From Myxococcales bacterium (lineage in GTDB: Bacteria; Desulfobacterota; Binatia; HRBIN30), in contig JBBILD010000008.1 of the NCBI GenBank assembly GCA_037445065.1, positions 423 to 64,422 on the forward strand: a stretch of 64,000 nucleotides of DNA, in the 5' to 3' direction. Positions 45,109 through 55,149 of this stretch are shown one piece after another. A program made the position numbers and the translations under genes. Below the pieces are notes generated by a model, which was not told the origin of the DNA, made no database searches, and saw nothing but the letters and a program-made list of their open reading frames with translations. Every line of letters starts with the position of its first letter. Within the stretch, counting starts at the first letter, position 1.

Positions 45109-45780
45109 TTGTCGAGGGAGTACGGGCGCGACCGGCGGAGACTGTCGCACGAAAGCTCGGTCCGCCCGGTTGATGACGAGTTGGCTGCGAAGATCGTTGG
45201 CAGCATTGTTTGCGAGACGAAAAGTTTCGTGTGGCGAAGAACTTGCTTGCCCACTGCGCAACGGACTGCGGCCACGGTGTTTCGGATTTCTCTCGGAAAG
45301 TGGGGACGAAACACGGGCGGCTTGCAATGCGGCTACACGCTGGTGGAGCTGGTCACGGCGCTGGCTGTGGTGGCGGTAGTTGCGGCGGTCGGGTATCCGC
45401 AACTTTCGGCGTACAATTCGCAGTACCGCCTAATGGCTGCGGCAAACCAGGTTGCGTTCGACCTCAGCCGAGCGCGCATGAAGGCAATCGGCGAGAATGT
45501 TTACACGCAGGCCAGCTTCGGGACGGCGGTGTCTAGCCAGTTTGGTTACGGGGCGGGTTACGAGATTCGCAAGAGTAGCGACGGGCTGACCTATACATCG
45601 GAAGCGAGTCGGGCAGGGCAGCCCCTGCCAAGCGACGTGGTGTTGTATGCATTCCCGTCCCAGGTGACCTTCAATCGCCAGGGGATGGCCAGTGCCCCGG
45701 TCACGCTTTGGCTGAGAAACAGCCTGTACCAATGGAGATTGGTCACCATGAACTCTGTGGGGCGGGTAAGGGTGCAGTGA
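45109..45780 (+). CDS. Type IV pilus minor pilin / pseudopilin, FimT-GspH-like
   Basis: Prepilin cleavage/methylation motif G|YTLVELVTALAVVAVVAAV. The true start is probably GTG near 45279, giving a short basic leader. Confidence 0.7.
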   Translation: MSREYGRDRRRLSHESSVRPVDDELAAKIVGSIVCETKSFVWRRTCLPTAQRTAATVFRISLGKWGRNTGGLQCGYTLVELVTALAVVAVVAAVGYPQLSAYNSQYRLMAAANQVAFDLSRARMKAIGENVYTQASFGTAVSSQFGYGAGYEIRKSSDGLTYTSEASRAGQPLPSDVVLYAFPSQVTFNRQGMASAPVTLWLRNSLYQWRLVTMNSVGRVRVQ

Positions 45781-46196
45781 AGCGGCTTTCTGACCACAAA
45801 GGCGCGAGCACCATCGAAACGCTGGTGGCTTTGGGCCTCTTTGCCATCGTGGGGGCGGGCCTCGCCACCGCAGGAATTACCAGCACGTTGCAGACGGCGC
45901 GGAGCAAGATTGCAACGGCGGCCGCGGCGCTAGTGGAAGACCAGGTGGAGCAGCTCCGCGCCTTGGATTCGGCGACCAAGCCGTGGCAGTTGCAACCTGG
46001 GACGTACAACGATCCGAATAATCCCATCACTGCGGCCGGCATAGCGAATGGAAAATGTTACCGAAGCTGGTCGGTTACGGCCAACACACCTTCGCTCGGT
46101 CTGGCTCGCGTACAGGTCACCGTGCGCTTCGATGGCCCGCTGGCTTACAGGGCAGAGGGGGTAACGTACGTATGCACCACCGTGACGTGCAGTTAG
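45777..46196 (+). CDS. Type IV pilus minor pilin PilV-like
   Basis: GTG start overlapping the upstream stop (GTGA). Leader VKRLSDHKG|ASTIETLVALGLFAIV is a class-III signal. Confidence 0.7.
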   Translation: MKRLSDHKGASTIETLVALGLFAIVGAGLATAGITSTLQTARSKIATAAAALVEDQVEQLRALDSATKPWQLQPGTYNDPNNPITAAGIANGKCYRSWSVTANTPSLGLARVQVTVRFDGPLAYRAEGVTYVCTTVTCS

Positions 46197-46216
46197 TCCG
46201 GCACTCCCGGTCAGTA

Positions 46217-46840
46217 GTGTGCGGCCAGCGCGGATCGTCCCTCGTGGACATGCTGGTGGGAACCGCCTTAGGGCTAGTCACCCTGGCAACTGTACTTGGC
46301 TTCTACCGCTTTCAGTTGTTCGCCCTCCGGAACCAAAGTGCCTCGATAGAGGTGCAGACGGCAGCACGCAGCATTGTGAACTTGATGGTCGGAGAGATTC
46401 GTCGGGCTGCCGCGGATCCCACTTGTGCGAAGAGTTTCGAAGGAATCGCGGAGGCCTTTCGCAACCGTCTGCGCATCCGCAGCGATTTGAATGCGAGCGG
46501 CGCAATTGATGCCGCAGGTGAGGATGTGCTGTACAGTTTCGACTCTGCCTCCGGGCGGCTGACGCGCACGGCGGGAGGCGTCACGGAGGATTTGTCCGAC
46601 GCGAACTTTCTCGCGAGCGACGTTCGGTTTCAATACTACGACGGGAATGGAACCGAACTCGTACCGGGTACGAACGGCCTGACGCAGACCCAACGCGCGT
46701 CCGTACGGAGGGTGCGTTTGTCGCTGACACTACAGCGGCGATCCATGGACCCCCGGAGCCAACAGCTTTTGACGGCAACGGTCTCCTCTGCCGCCGACCT
46801 GCGCAATCGCTTTCTAGTGTCCGTGGTGACTTGCAGTTGA
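46217..46840 (+). CDS. Type IV pilus minor pilin PilW-like
   Basis: In-frame GTG at 46217 gives leader MCGQRG|SSLVDMLVGTALGLVTLA (prepilin motif). About 200-aa mature pseudopilin. Confidence 0.65.
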   Translation: MCGQRGSSLVDMLVGTALGLVTLATVLGFYRFQLFALRNQSASIEVQTAARSIVNLMVGEIRRAAADPTCAKSFEGIAEAFRNRLRIRSDLNASGAIDAAGEDVLYSFDSASGRLTRTAGGVTEDLSDANFLASDVRFQYYDGNGTELVPGTNGLTQTQRASVRRVRLSLTLQRRSMDPRSQQLLTATVSSAADLRNRFLVSVVTCS

Positions 46841-46848
46841 GGAATTCC

Positions 46849-47547
46849 ATGGAAAACACGTTACGCGGCAACCGCGGCTTTGCCTTGGCCAGTACGTTGA
46901 TGCTGCTTTTGCTCCTGATCACCATGGGGGCAGCGGCGGGCCTGTACACGACGCTCGAACTCAAGTCGACCAACCATTACAACACCGGAAACCAAGCACT
47001 GTACGCTGCCGAGGCCGGTGCACTGCGTGCCCTCAACGTGATGAATCAATCTGGGGTGACGCACTTTGCCAACGACGTGGTCAATCGGTGGAACACGTTG
47101 TTCACCCCGAATCCGCAAGAGGTGTTCGGTTTTCCGCAGTTCACGTTTAGTTCGGCAGTGGCGGCAGATCCCACCAATCCTGGCGACCGCGGCTGGATTA
47201 CTGCCACGGGTTGGGCCCCGTATCAGGCGCGCCGCATCGTGCGCATCGGGGTGCGCCGGGGCCCGATCGGGCGAGGGATCGGGGCGATTTATCTGGCCGC
47301 CGACACCGTTGCGCCGAGTTTTTCAGGCAATGCCTTCGAGATCGATGGAAACGATCATGACGCTTACGGCCGGCTCACGGGAGGCCCGGTCGCCCCCGGC
47401 ATCGCCACTCGCAATGACAGCGTGACCAACGCGGTAAAGAACGCCCTGAATGCCCAGCAGAAAGACAACGTAAAAGGGGCCGAGTTTTCGTTGAACCCGC
47501 TGAATCCGAGTGTGGTGAGTTGGGAGGGCCGAGCGCGAGCGACTTGA
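46849..47547 (+). CDS. PilX-like pilus assembly protein, N-terminal part (PilX_N domain); frame ends prematurely
   Basis: SD gagga before the ATG. MENTLRGNRGFALASTLMLLLLLITMGAA matches the PilX N-terminal hydrophobic segment. The ORF stops at 47547 while the downstream frame continues (see pseudogene entry). Confidence 0.7.
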   Translation: MENTLRGNRGFALASTLMLLLLLITMGAAAGLYTTLELKSTNHYNTGNQALYAAEAGALRALNVMNQSGVTHFANDVVNRWNTLFTPNPQEVFGFPQFTFSSAVAADPTNPGDRGWITATGWAPYQARRIVRIGVRRGPIGRGIGAIYLAADTVAPSFSGNAFEIDGNDHDAYGRLTGGPVAPGIATRNDSVTNAVKNALNAQQKDNVKGAEFSLNPLNPSVVSWEGRARAT

Positions 47548-48001
47548 GCCGGATCGTGAATTCGATTTTGGCTGATCCGAGGGTGGTTCGTTACAACGAC
47601 AGCCGAATCAATGGCAACGTAACCTTCGGCACCCTACAGAATCCGCAGATTACCTACCTGACCTCTTCAGATGTGACCATCCACGCGAATGGCAACGCGT
47701 CCGGGGTGGGGATCTTGGTGGTGAACGGTTCGCTGACGATCAACGGTAACCTGAATTTCGTGGGCTGGATCATCGTGCAAGGGAGTACAACGATCAGCGG
47801 GCCGGCGAGCGACGACGAGACCACGCTGCTGGGAAATGCCACCATCATGGGCTCGCTTTGGACGTCGCACATGAACATCCGTGTCGGCGGCAGCGCCATC
47901 GCCGACTTTTGCGAAAGCTGCATCAACATGATCGTGCCGCCCGGCGGCGGCGGGTACATGCCAAAAGCGATGATCGTGACTTCATGGCAGGAGGTTTGTG
48001 A
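47520..48001 (+). pseudogene. Continuation of the PilX-like gene in a different frame (likely frameshift at the gggaggg run near 47530; 3' end unresolved)
   Basis: Beta-strand-rich repeat sequence (VTIHANGNASGVGILVVNGSLTINGNLNFVGWIIVQGSTTISG) typical of PilX/PilY-associated C-terminal regions. The six-frame ORF runs on to 48776 as Arg/Ala-rich low-complexity text. That tail overlaps two better-supported genes and is rejected. Confidence 0.4.
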
Positions 48002-48267
48002 AGATCCGTGGCTTCGGCCTTGCACTGCTCCTGATGGCTTGTCTCGTGTCCCCCACGGCTTTGCGAGCACAAGAGGTGCTCGAGCAGCCTGTCGATCCGC
48101 GAGACACGCTGCGAGAGCTGGACGACCAGGTGTTGCAAAAGCAAAAGGCACTCTTTGCAGCTCGCCTGCGCGGCGACCCAGAAGAGATTCGGCGCGCGGA
48201 AGAAGAATTCGCCGACATTCAAAAAAAGCGCAGCGCGACCGTTCGAACCATCGAACGGCTGCGCTAA
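47998..48267 (+). CDS. Small secreted coiled-coil protein (89 aa)
   Basis: Perfect SD aggagg 6 nt upstream of GTG. Signal peptide KIRGFGLALLLMACLVSPTALRA. Charged helical remainder. GTGA overlap with a third-frame stop at 47999-48001. Confidence 0.6.
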   Translation: MKIRGFGLALLLMACLVSPTALRAQEVLEQPVDPRDTLRELDDQVLQKQKALFAARLRGDPEEIRRAEEEFADIQKKRSATVRTIERLR

Positions 48268-48345
48268 AGGCGGGACTTAGTGGACCAGAGGGTGCGCTCC
48301 CGCGAACACGCAGAATTCTCGCCAGCGGTTTGTTAGTTTGCCAGG

Positions 48346-49704
48346 GTGAGTGCTCGGAACAGGAATCTCGCAACGGTTGCGTACGCACTCATCGGGGGCG
48401 CACTGGCCTGGGTGGTGGTCCTTTGGCTCCCGTCGGAAACCCCGGAGCAGCGGCCGACCACGCAGACAAAGCAGCCAATACTGTGGGACCCAGAGCCATG
48501 GCCGGAGGTCCGGCTCGGCGCCCAGTCCTGGGAGCAACCCTCGCCAGCGCCTGCCCTGGACTCGGAGGCACTGAGTTGGAACAACCGAGCCGTGGAGCAA
48601 GCGGAGCGGCGAGACTTTCTGGCCGCGGTACAGAGTCTTCGATATGCACGGGCTCGCGATCCACGCTCTCCCCTGCTCAAGAAAAACCTGCAGCAAGTCC
48701 TGCTCGCCTGGGCGGCCGAGCGCGTGCGAGCGGAAGAATGGATGCAGGCGCGGGACCTCCTCGAGGAGGCGTTTGAGCTGGGCGGCGGGGCAGATGTGGC
48801 TTATCTCTTGGGCCTGGCTTGGCAGAAGACCGGCGAGAAGCAGCGGGCGCGATCGCTCTGGGAAAAAGCGATCGAGGAATCACCGCGTGACTCTCGCTTG
48901 TTAGTGTCTCTTGCTGGAGTGTACGAGCAAGAGGGCCTGCGCGCAGAGGCCCTCGATCTGCTTTACCGCGCACAAGCAGCGGGAGCGAAGGTGGAAGGCT
49001 TACGCTCGCGCATTGAGCGCTTGGAGCGCGAGGTGGATGCTGAGTGGGAGTACGAGGCAAGCCGCAGCCCGCACTTTCGGTTCCGCTATCCGGACACGCT
49101 GCCTCCGTCTTTGCGTGGGCAGTTGGCGGATGTTTTCGAAGAAGCCCGAGTGGCGGTCGCGCGCTTCTTCGAGGTGGAGCCGCTGTCTCAAGTGGAAGTG
49201 GTGCTTTACGATGGGCCTCGCTTCGAGCACGTGACGCGGGCGCCTGGCTGGGCCGCGGGTGCGTTTAGCGGGCGTATCCAGTTGCCAGTAACCAGCGTCG
49301 AGTCGGCAGAGCCGGAAGCTCTGGCAAGGGTGGCCCGTCATGAAATGGCTCACGCTGTGCTCGCTGCCTCCTCTGCGGCCGCTGTTCCTGCTTGGGTCCA
49401 CGAAGGGCTGGCCATGCACGCGGAAGATTTCACGCGAGGTGAGCGCTCGGCCTGGGCACAAGAACTCGTTGCGAACTCCGCCACAAGGCTCGGGGATTTG
49501 CCGCCCTCCTTCCTATCGTTGAGTGGGGAAGAGGCTCGCGTTGCATACGCCCTCAGTTACCGTGCCGTACAGGTCTTGCTGAACCAGCACGGCGTGCAGG
49601 AAGTACTGAAGCTTCTGAAGAACGATGGCCGGAGCTTCGAAGCGCGTTTCCGAGAGCTGACAGGCGTACAATTCACCGACTTCAGTAACCGGCTTCGCTA
49701 CTGA
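48346..49704 (+). CDS. Membrane-anchored TPR-repeat protein with C-terminal HExxH peptidase-MA-like domain
   Basis: N-terminal TM anchor (LATVAYALIGGALAWVVVLWL). About 5 TPR-like helical repeats. HEMAH ... HEG zincin-like motif (ARVARHEMAHAVL ... WVHEGLAMHAEDF). Confidence 0.8.
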   Translation: MSARNRNLATVAYALIGGALAWVVVLWLPSETPEQRPTTQTKQPILWDPEPWPEVRLGAQSWEQPSPAPALDSEALSWNNRAVEQAERRDFLAAVQSLRYARARDPRSPLLKKNLQQVLLAWAAERVRAEEWMQARDLLEEAFELGGGADVAYLLGLAWQKTGEKQRARSLWEKAIEESPRDSRLLVSLAGVYEQEGLRAEALDLLYRAQAAGAKVEGLRSRIERLEREVDAEWEYEASRSPHFRFRYPDTLPPSLRGQLADVFEEARVAVARFFEVEPLSQVEVVLYDGPRFEHVTRAPGWAAGAFSGRIQLPVTSVESAEPEALARVARHEMAHAVLAASSAAAVPAWVHEGLAMHAEDFTRGERSAWAQELVANSATRLGDLPPSFLSLSGEEARVAYALSYRAVQVLLNQHGVQEVLKLLKNDGRSFEARFRELTGVQFTDFSNRLRY

Positions 49705-49743
49705 ACGCGTCGAAAGGAAGCGCTCGAGAAGGTCAGAGGGGAG

Positions 49744-50019
49744 TTAGAGCCGCAAACGCCACAGACACTGCTCCAAGCAGGTGCGGCTTCCGGTACGGAG
49801 GGAACATTCGTCCACCCGCCGTGTTGACACCCCGCCAATCCTTCGCTCCGTGAAGGTGACCATCGCTGGCTCTTCGTCTACCGGACAAGCCACTAAAACC
49901 CGCAGACGCCGCTCGCTCGGAGGTTCCTGGTCGCGCAGGAAATAAAACGCGGCGACGAAGCCGAGGAAAACAAGCGTCATCCCGAGACCGACCCAAATGC
50001 CGATATCTACCGACTCCAT
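49744..50019 (-). CDS. Hypothetical small membrane protein with C-terminal Cys cluster
   Basis: SD gaggtg 6 nt upstream of the ATG. One TM helix (IGIWVGLGMTLVFLGFVAAFYFL). Four Cys in the C-terminal 45 aa. Confidence 0.4.
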   Translation of the reverse strand: MESVDIGIWVGLGMTLVFLGFVAAFYFLRDQEPPSERRLRVLVACPVDEEPAMVTFTERRIGGVSTRRVDECSLRTGSRTCLEQCLWRLRL

Positions 50020-50249
50020 ATGCTCGCCACCTCGCGTTTCGCGCTGCCCCGCCCTCCAGCACAGAGCGTGCCCCGTCCACCTGGCGAGACCTGGGCGGCA
50101 TTTCCAATTTTGATTCCATGGATTCGGAAACCTTGTGCAGTTCCTTGTTCAAGGCTGCGAAGGGAACTGGCCCTTGTCACCGGCCCGCTCGGTGCCTGCG
50201 GCCATTCGCGGGAGGTCTCTGAACAGGCGGCGTTCAACGATAAGCCGCG

Positions 50250-52598
50250 GTGGACATTTCGCTGCTGGGGGGCAATAAACGCAGTTGCGTGTGTATGCTC
50301 AGAGCCAAGCGCCCAACCGTACTGGTGCCGTTCCTGTTTGCTGTCACCGTGCTCGGCTCGGGGGCGCGAGGGGCATCGCTCCCGATTGCTCTGCCTGGCG
50401 CGAACCCGATGCCTCGTGAACTTCAACAGAAACTTTGGGCTGCTTGGCAGGCCGCCGGAAAGCCTGTGCATTCTCAGCACCGCAATGCCGAGGGAGGCCC
50501 GCGTTACCTGAACCGGTTGATGTTAGAGCCGAACCCATACTTGCAGTTGCACGCGCAGCAACCGGTCGACTGGTATCCCTGGGGAGCTGAGGCAATAGGG
50601 CGCGCGAAACGCGAAGGAAAGCCGATTTTCTTGTCCATTGGCTACGCCACTTGTCACTGGTGTCATGTCATGGCTGCAGAGACCTTCGATAACGAAGTGA
50701 TCGCCGAGATTCTCAATCGCGATTTCATTTGCATCAAAGTCGACCGGGAAGAGCGGCCCGACCTCGACACCGCTTACGTTGCTGCCGTTCAACGCCTGAC
50801 CGGGAACGCTGGTTGGCCGCTTACCGTGTTTTTGACCCCGAGTGGCGATCCCTTTTACGGGGGAACGTATTTTCCCCCGGAGGATCGAGGAGGCAGGGTC
50901 GGAATGAAGCGAGTTTTGCAAACGGTACGCTCGTCCTGGCGGCAGGATCGAGAACACGCGGCGGAGGCCGGTGCCTCATTGCGGGCGGCTCTGGTGTCGG
51001 CGCTGCCCGTGCCAGCAGAAGTGGATGCGACCGTGTTGCGGCGTGCGGGGGTGCACTTTGCGAAGCTGTTTGACGCCCAACACGGTGGATTTGGCCGAGC
51101 ACCCAAATTCCCACAGCCGCACGTGCTACAGTTCCTGCTTCGATACGGCCAGCGATATGGAGACGCGGCCGCGACCGCAATGGTTACCAAGACCCTGGAG
51201 CACATGGGGCGCGGTGGAATCGTGGATCTGATCGGCGGAGGCATACACCGATATGCCACCGATGCTGCGTGGCGTGTACCGCATTACGAAAAAATGCTGT
51301 ACGACCAAGCCGGAATGGCGATCGCGTACTTGGAAGCATCACGCGCAGCCCGGTCCATCGAAGGCCTGAGCATCGCTTCGGATATCTTCGAGTACGTCTT
51401 GCGCGAGTTGCAACTCCCTGAGGGAGGTTTTGCGGCGGCACAAGACGCGCAAAGCGGTGGAAAAGAAGGCGCCTTTTATTTGTGGACGCGAGACGAGATC
51501 GTGCGCGCCCTCGGTGCTCAGGAGGGAGCCTGGGTGGCGGACTTCTTTGGTCTGGTGGAATCGAGTCCAGGTCCAGCGCCGTTGTGGATTCCTGTTCCAC
51601 CGGATCAGTTCATCGGTCAGCGAGGCCTGACGCAGAAGGAGTTTGTTCGTAGGATTGGCCAAGCGCGGGCCGCTTTGCGCGCCGTTCGTGATCAACGGCC
51701 GCGGCCCGCCATCGATGGCAAGCTTGTCACGGCTTGGAATGGCTGGATGATCGCAGCGCTCGCTGAGGGCGGGATGCAGTTAGAAAAAGAAGATTACGTG
51801 AGCGCGGCGAGCCGGGCCGCGGAGCGCATCCTGCGCGACCTTTATGCCGAAGGCCTGCTGTGGCGCAGTTGGTATCAGGGCAGGCGGAGTGTGCCGGCGT
51901 TCTTGGATGACTACGCGTACCTCGCCTTTGGACTGCATCGCCTTTATGAGGCGACCGGGGAGGCGCGCTGGTTACGTGAGGCGGATCGCCTGCTGGGCGA
52001 GATGTTGCGTCGCTTTGACGACCCAGCCTCGGGCAGCCTCCGATACGCGGCGCTCGATTGGGATCGTAGCGTTCCCAGCGTCTGGAGTTTGGAGGACGCC
52101 GCTTTGCCAGCCGCACAATCGGTTGCGGCGCTGGCGCTGCTTCGCATGGGGCACCTGCTGCAGAAGAAGAGTTATTGGGAGCGAGGGGAAGTTCTGTTGC
52201 GGGCTAACGGGGCGGATGTCAGCAAGGCGCCGACCGCGTACGCGTTTTTATTGCAAGCGATTGACTTCGCCCTCGGCCCACGCGCGGAAGTCGTGATCGT
52301 AGGTGCGGCACGTGCGGCCGAGACCCAGGCGCTGCGGCGAGCGGTGGGGCGCGCCTTTTTGCCACGTGCGCTGATCGTCCCGTACCAACCGGGGGATGCA
52401 ACCACGGAAGAGTTGCTGCCTTTCGTGAAGAAGCAGCCGCCAAAGGAAGGGAAGCCGACCGCGTACGTGTGTCAGAACTTTACGTGTAACTTCCCTACCA
52501 CCGAAGTCCCGAAGCTGCTCGAGCAGTTGGCGGGGCTACAGGCCCCGGTCCCCACCCCCCGCTCGGAGCCCCAACCGAAGCCGCTACCGGATCGGTAA
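50250..52598 (+). CDS. Thioredoxin-domain protein of the YyaL/SPATA20 (DUF255) family with (alpha/alpha)6 barrel domain
   Basis: DUF255 thioredoxin-like motif ([23 protein letters not shown]). C-terminal six-hairpin glycosidase-like region. Probable N-terminal signal peptide. Confidence 0.9.
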   Translation: MDISLLGGNKRSCVCMLRAKRPTVLVPFLFAVTVLGSGARGASLPIALPGANPMPRELQQKLWAAWQAAGKPVHSQHRNAEGGPRYLNRLMLEPNPYLQLHAQQPVDWYPWGAEAIGRAKREGKPIFLSIGYATCHWCHVMAAETFDNEVIAEILNRDFICIKVDREERPDLDTAYVAAVQRLTGNAGWPLTVFLTPSGDPFYGGTYFPPEDRGGRVGMKRVLQTVRSSWRQDREHAAEAGASLRAALVSALPVPAEVDATVLRRAGVHFAKLFDAQHGGFGRAPKFPQPHVLQFLLRYGQRYGDAAATAMVTKTLEHMGRGGIVDLIGGGIHRYATDAAWRVPHYEKMLYDQAGMAIAYLEASRAARSIEGLSIASDIFEYVLRELQLPEGGFAAAQDAQSGGKEGAFYLWTRDEIVRALGAQEGAWVADFFGLVESSPGPAPLWIPVPPDQFIGQRGLTQKEFVRRIGQARAALRAVRDQRPRPAIDGKLVTAWNGWMIAALAEGGMQLEKEDYVSAASRAAERILRDLYAEGLLWRSWYQGRRSVPAFLDDYAYLAFGLHRLYEATGEARWLREADRLLGEMLRRFDDPASGSLRYAALDWDRSVPSVWSLEDAALPAAQSVAALALLRMGHLLQKKSYWERGEVLLRANGADVSKAPTAYAFLLQAIDFALGPRAEVVIVGAARAAETQALRRAVGRAFLPRALIVPYQPGDATTEELLPFVKKQPPKEGKPTAYVCQNFTCNFPTTEVPKLLEQLAGLQAPVPTPRSEPQPKPLPDR

Positions 52599-52697
52599 AC
52601 TGCGCAACTGCACAGCTCAGCTCGGATTAGAAAGGCTCCTCTCCACCTGAGCCTTCCCGGGGGAACGTAACGCGGCCACATTGGCAGCTTTTGCTCC

Positions 52698-53846
52698 TCA
52701 TGCTCTTTGTCGGGGGTGCGCGACAGTGGCTTTACTGTGCAAACGTCCCGCACGAGTCGCGCGGACAGTGGTAGCCAGGAACAACCCGATCGCAGCGACG
52801 TTGCCCCACACTCCGGCCTGCCGTAAGTGGGAGAACCACAGCAGGTCTCCCGCAACTCGAGCCACCACTGAGGCCTGCAGGGCAGCCAGCGGAAGGTAGA
52901 AAAGCGGCGAGAATCTCATGCGCAGGCTGAGAACAGAGGGAAAGATCACAGGAGCGTGAGCAAAGATCATCGTGAGGACAAAACCCAAGAACACCGCATG
53001 CAGCGTCGCGTCATAAAGAGGCCCAATGGCGCGGCCCTGCGCGAGCAGCAAAAAACCGGAGCAACCTAGCCACCCAAAACCAGACAGAAGAGCGATGGCG
53101 ACGTAGCGGGGCTGCCCGTGATGACGGACGGTGCGGCGGGCCAAGTCGAACGTAAGAAGCCAGGCTGCCAGTGCGAGCAAACTCCCGCCCAGAAGTCTCG
53201 CACCGCGATCCGTGGCCAAGTCCCCGAGCAGCAAAGAGCCAGCAAACCCTGCGAAGGAGAGCACAAATACCACTGCCGCCCACCGTGGTTTCGGAACCAC
53301 CCGACTCAATTCCAGCCGCTCCCCTGCGATCGTAGCCACTAAGAAGGCCATCCAAAGGCAGGTGACGGTGTGCGCTTCTACCCCACTGAGCCAGGCCAGG
53401 TGGCCAACGTACAAGGCCGCAGCGCCCGCCATCATGGTTGCCGTGAACAGCGCAGGATGCCGCCAGCACAAGTGGGCGGAGGCCACTAGAAGGACGAAGG
53501 CGCTGGCCAGATACGCGGCCTGGGCGAGTTCTATCGCACTGCCGAGAAGCAGCAGGAGAGAACCTACCACTCCGAGCAGAGGAGCCGCATAAACCCAGGG
53601 GTGACCGGTCGCTCCCACGGCGCGTTCGAGACCGATCACTGTGGCAAAAAATCCGGCCACCATGAGCGGGCCGTGGGCCGAGGGCTGGACGGCTACTGGG
53701 AGCACCGCCCCGGAACGGAGGAGCCCGGCGTAAACGCCTGCAACGAGCGCCACCATAGCGCCAAAAAGCAACGGCGCGCGCGCCAGGCGAGGATCGGCGT
53801 CGCGAACCTTATTGCCAGGCGCTGGAGAGGTCGGCTTGGCCGCCAT
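52698..53846 (-). CDS. Polytopic integral membrane protein (possibly NnrS-like; family uncertain)
   Basis: About 12 predicted TM helices with many conserved-looking His. The annotated 413-aa ORF overlaps panD. Start placed at MAAKPTSPA (53846); an alternative is ~53756. Confidence 0.65.
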   Translation of the reverse strand: MAAKPTSPAPGNKVRDADPRLARAPLLFGAMVALVAGVYAGLLRSGAVLPVAVQPSAHGPLMVAGFFATVIGLERAVGATGHPWVYAAPLLGVVGSLLLLLGSAIELAQAAYLASAFVLLVASAHLCWRHPALFTATMMAGAAALYVGHLAWLSGVEAHTVTCLWMAFLVATIAGERLELSRVVPKPRWAAVVFVLSFAGFAGSLLLGDLATDRGARLLGGSLLALAAWLLTFDLARRTVRHHGQPRYVAIALLSGFGWLGCSGFLLLAQGRAIGPLYDATLHAVFLGFVLTMIFAHAPVIFPSVLSLRMRFSPLFYLPLAALQASVVARVAGDLLWFSHLRQAGVWGNVAAIGLFLATTVRATRAGRLHSKATVAHPRQRA

Positions 53847-54204
53847 GTTCCGCCCGTTCCTCCACTGGGCGGTTGCGCTCGTCCACGAACACACAGCGCG
53901 GTTGCCACTGCCGGGCCAATTCCTCTGCAACCTCGGCAAACGCGGCGATGATGACCAGATCGCCTTTGCTCACTTTGCGGGCTGCGGCCCCGTTGATGCA
54001 AACCACACCGGATCCGCGCTGCCCCGCGATCGCGTATGTGGAGAAGCGCTCTCCGTTGGTCACATTCCAGACTTCCACTTTTTCGTACGGCAGGATGTCC
54101 GCACGCTCCAGCAGTTCCGCATCGATGGTCACGCTGCCCTCGTAGTGCAAGTCGGCGCCGGTCACAGTGGCGCGATGGATCTTGCCTCGCAGCATCGTAC
54201 GCAT
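53809..54204 (-). CDS. panD: Aspartate 1-decarboxylase
   Basis: [28 protein letters not shown] with the pyruvoyl-forming Gly-Ser. Strong SD gaggaggg. Start refined to 54204. Confidence 0.9.
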   Translation of the reverse strand: MRTMLRGKIHRATVTGADLHYEGSVTIDAELLERADILPYEKVEVWNVTNGERFSTYAIAGQRGSGVVCINGAAARKVSKGDLVIIAAFAEVAEELARQWQPRCVFVDERNRPVEERAEHGGQADLSSAWQ

Positions 54205-54227
54205 GACAACCCTCCTCTGCTTGTTTG

Positions 54228-55139
54228 TTACACGTTCCCCGAGGGTTCCCCGCCAATTCCGTTCTCTTTGGCCGCCAGCGTTCGGTCGGCCGTAGGGACC
54301 TCGAGTACGCAATTGTCGATCAACCGCGTGCTGCCAAAAAACACGGCTAGCGCAAGTAGGGTGGGGCCCTCGATGGTGGTTATGGGCCGCAGTCTCTGAA
54401 CATCGACAAGTTCTACGTAGTCCACGCGAGCGAGAGGCTCCTCTGCCAGACACTGGTACACAAAAGCGCGTAGTTCCTGAGCAGCTCGCACGCCGCTTGC
54501 CACTTTCTGCTGTGCAAGCCGGAGTGCGCGCGACAGGACCGTGGCGGCAGCGCGCTCGTGCGGCGCGAGATACGCATTGCGCGAACTCATGGCTAGGCCA
54601 TCCGGCTCGCGCGCAATCGGCGCCGCCACAATCGAAATGTCGAAATTCAAGTCGCGCACGAGTTGGCGCACGGTGACCAACTGCTGGAAGTCCTTCTCGC
54701 CGAACACAGCGACGTGGGGTTTGACCGCTAAGAAGAGCTTCGTCACAACAGTTGTGACCCCGCGAAAGTGCGTGGGTCGCGAAGCCCCGCAGAGGCCCTT
54801 GGTTACTTCCTCGACGTTAACGCTCGTTTGGAAGCCGGCAGGATACATCTCTGCATAAGAAGGAAGAAAGAGCACATCCACTCCTTCGCCAGACAGTAGG
54901 CGCGCGTCGCGCTCCAGATCGCGCGGGTAGCGCTCCAAGTCTTCGGTGGGGCCGAATTGCAGAGGGTTCACGAAGATGGACACGACCGTTCGCGAGCAGA
55001 GTTCCTTTGCACGCCGCACCAAACTCAGGTGGCCCTCGTGCAGGTACCCCATCGTGGGCACAAAGCCGATGCGCTCGCCCCGCGCGCGCTCAGCGTCAGC
55101 CCAGTGTTGCATTTCGACGATTCGCTCGATCGTTCGCAT
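54228..55139 (-). CDS. panC: Pantoate--beta-alanine ligase
   Basis: HIGH-like motif [16 protein letters not shown] and [16 protein letters not shown]. Start refined to [10 protein letters not shown]. Confidence 0.9.
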   Translation of the reverse strand: MRTIERIVEMQHWADAERARGERIGFVPTMGYLHEGHLSLVRRAKELCSRTVVSIFVNPLQFGPTEDLERYPRDLERDARLLSGEGVDVLFLPSYAEMYPAGFQTSVNVEEVTKGLCGASRPTHFRGVTTVVTKLFLAVKPHVAVFGEKDFQQLVTVRQLVRDLNFDISIVAAPIAREPDGLAMSSRNAYLAPHERAAATVLSRALRLAQQKVASGVRAAQELRAFVYQCLAEEPLARVDYVELVDVQRLRPITTIEGPTLLALAVFFGSTRLIDNCVLEVPTADRTLAAKENGIGGEPSGNV

Positions 55140-55149
55140 GGACTTCGTT

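Noticed and set aside
47520-48776. 418-aa ORF as a single gene
   Set aside because: Beyond ~48000 it becomes Arg/Ala-rich low-complexity text. It overlaps a secreted-protein gene with perfect SD (47998) and the TPR-peptidase gene (48346) in other frames. Only the 5' third looks genuine, as a PilX-like continuation.
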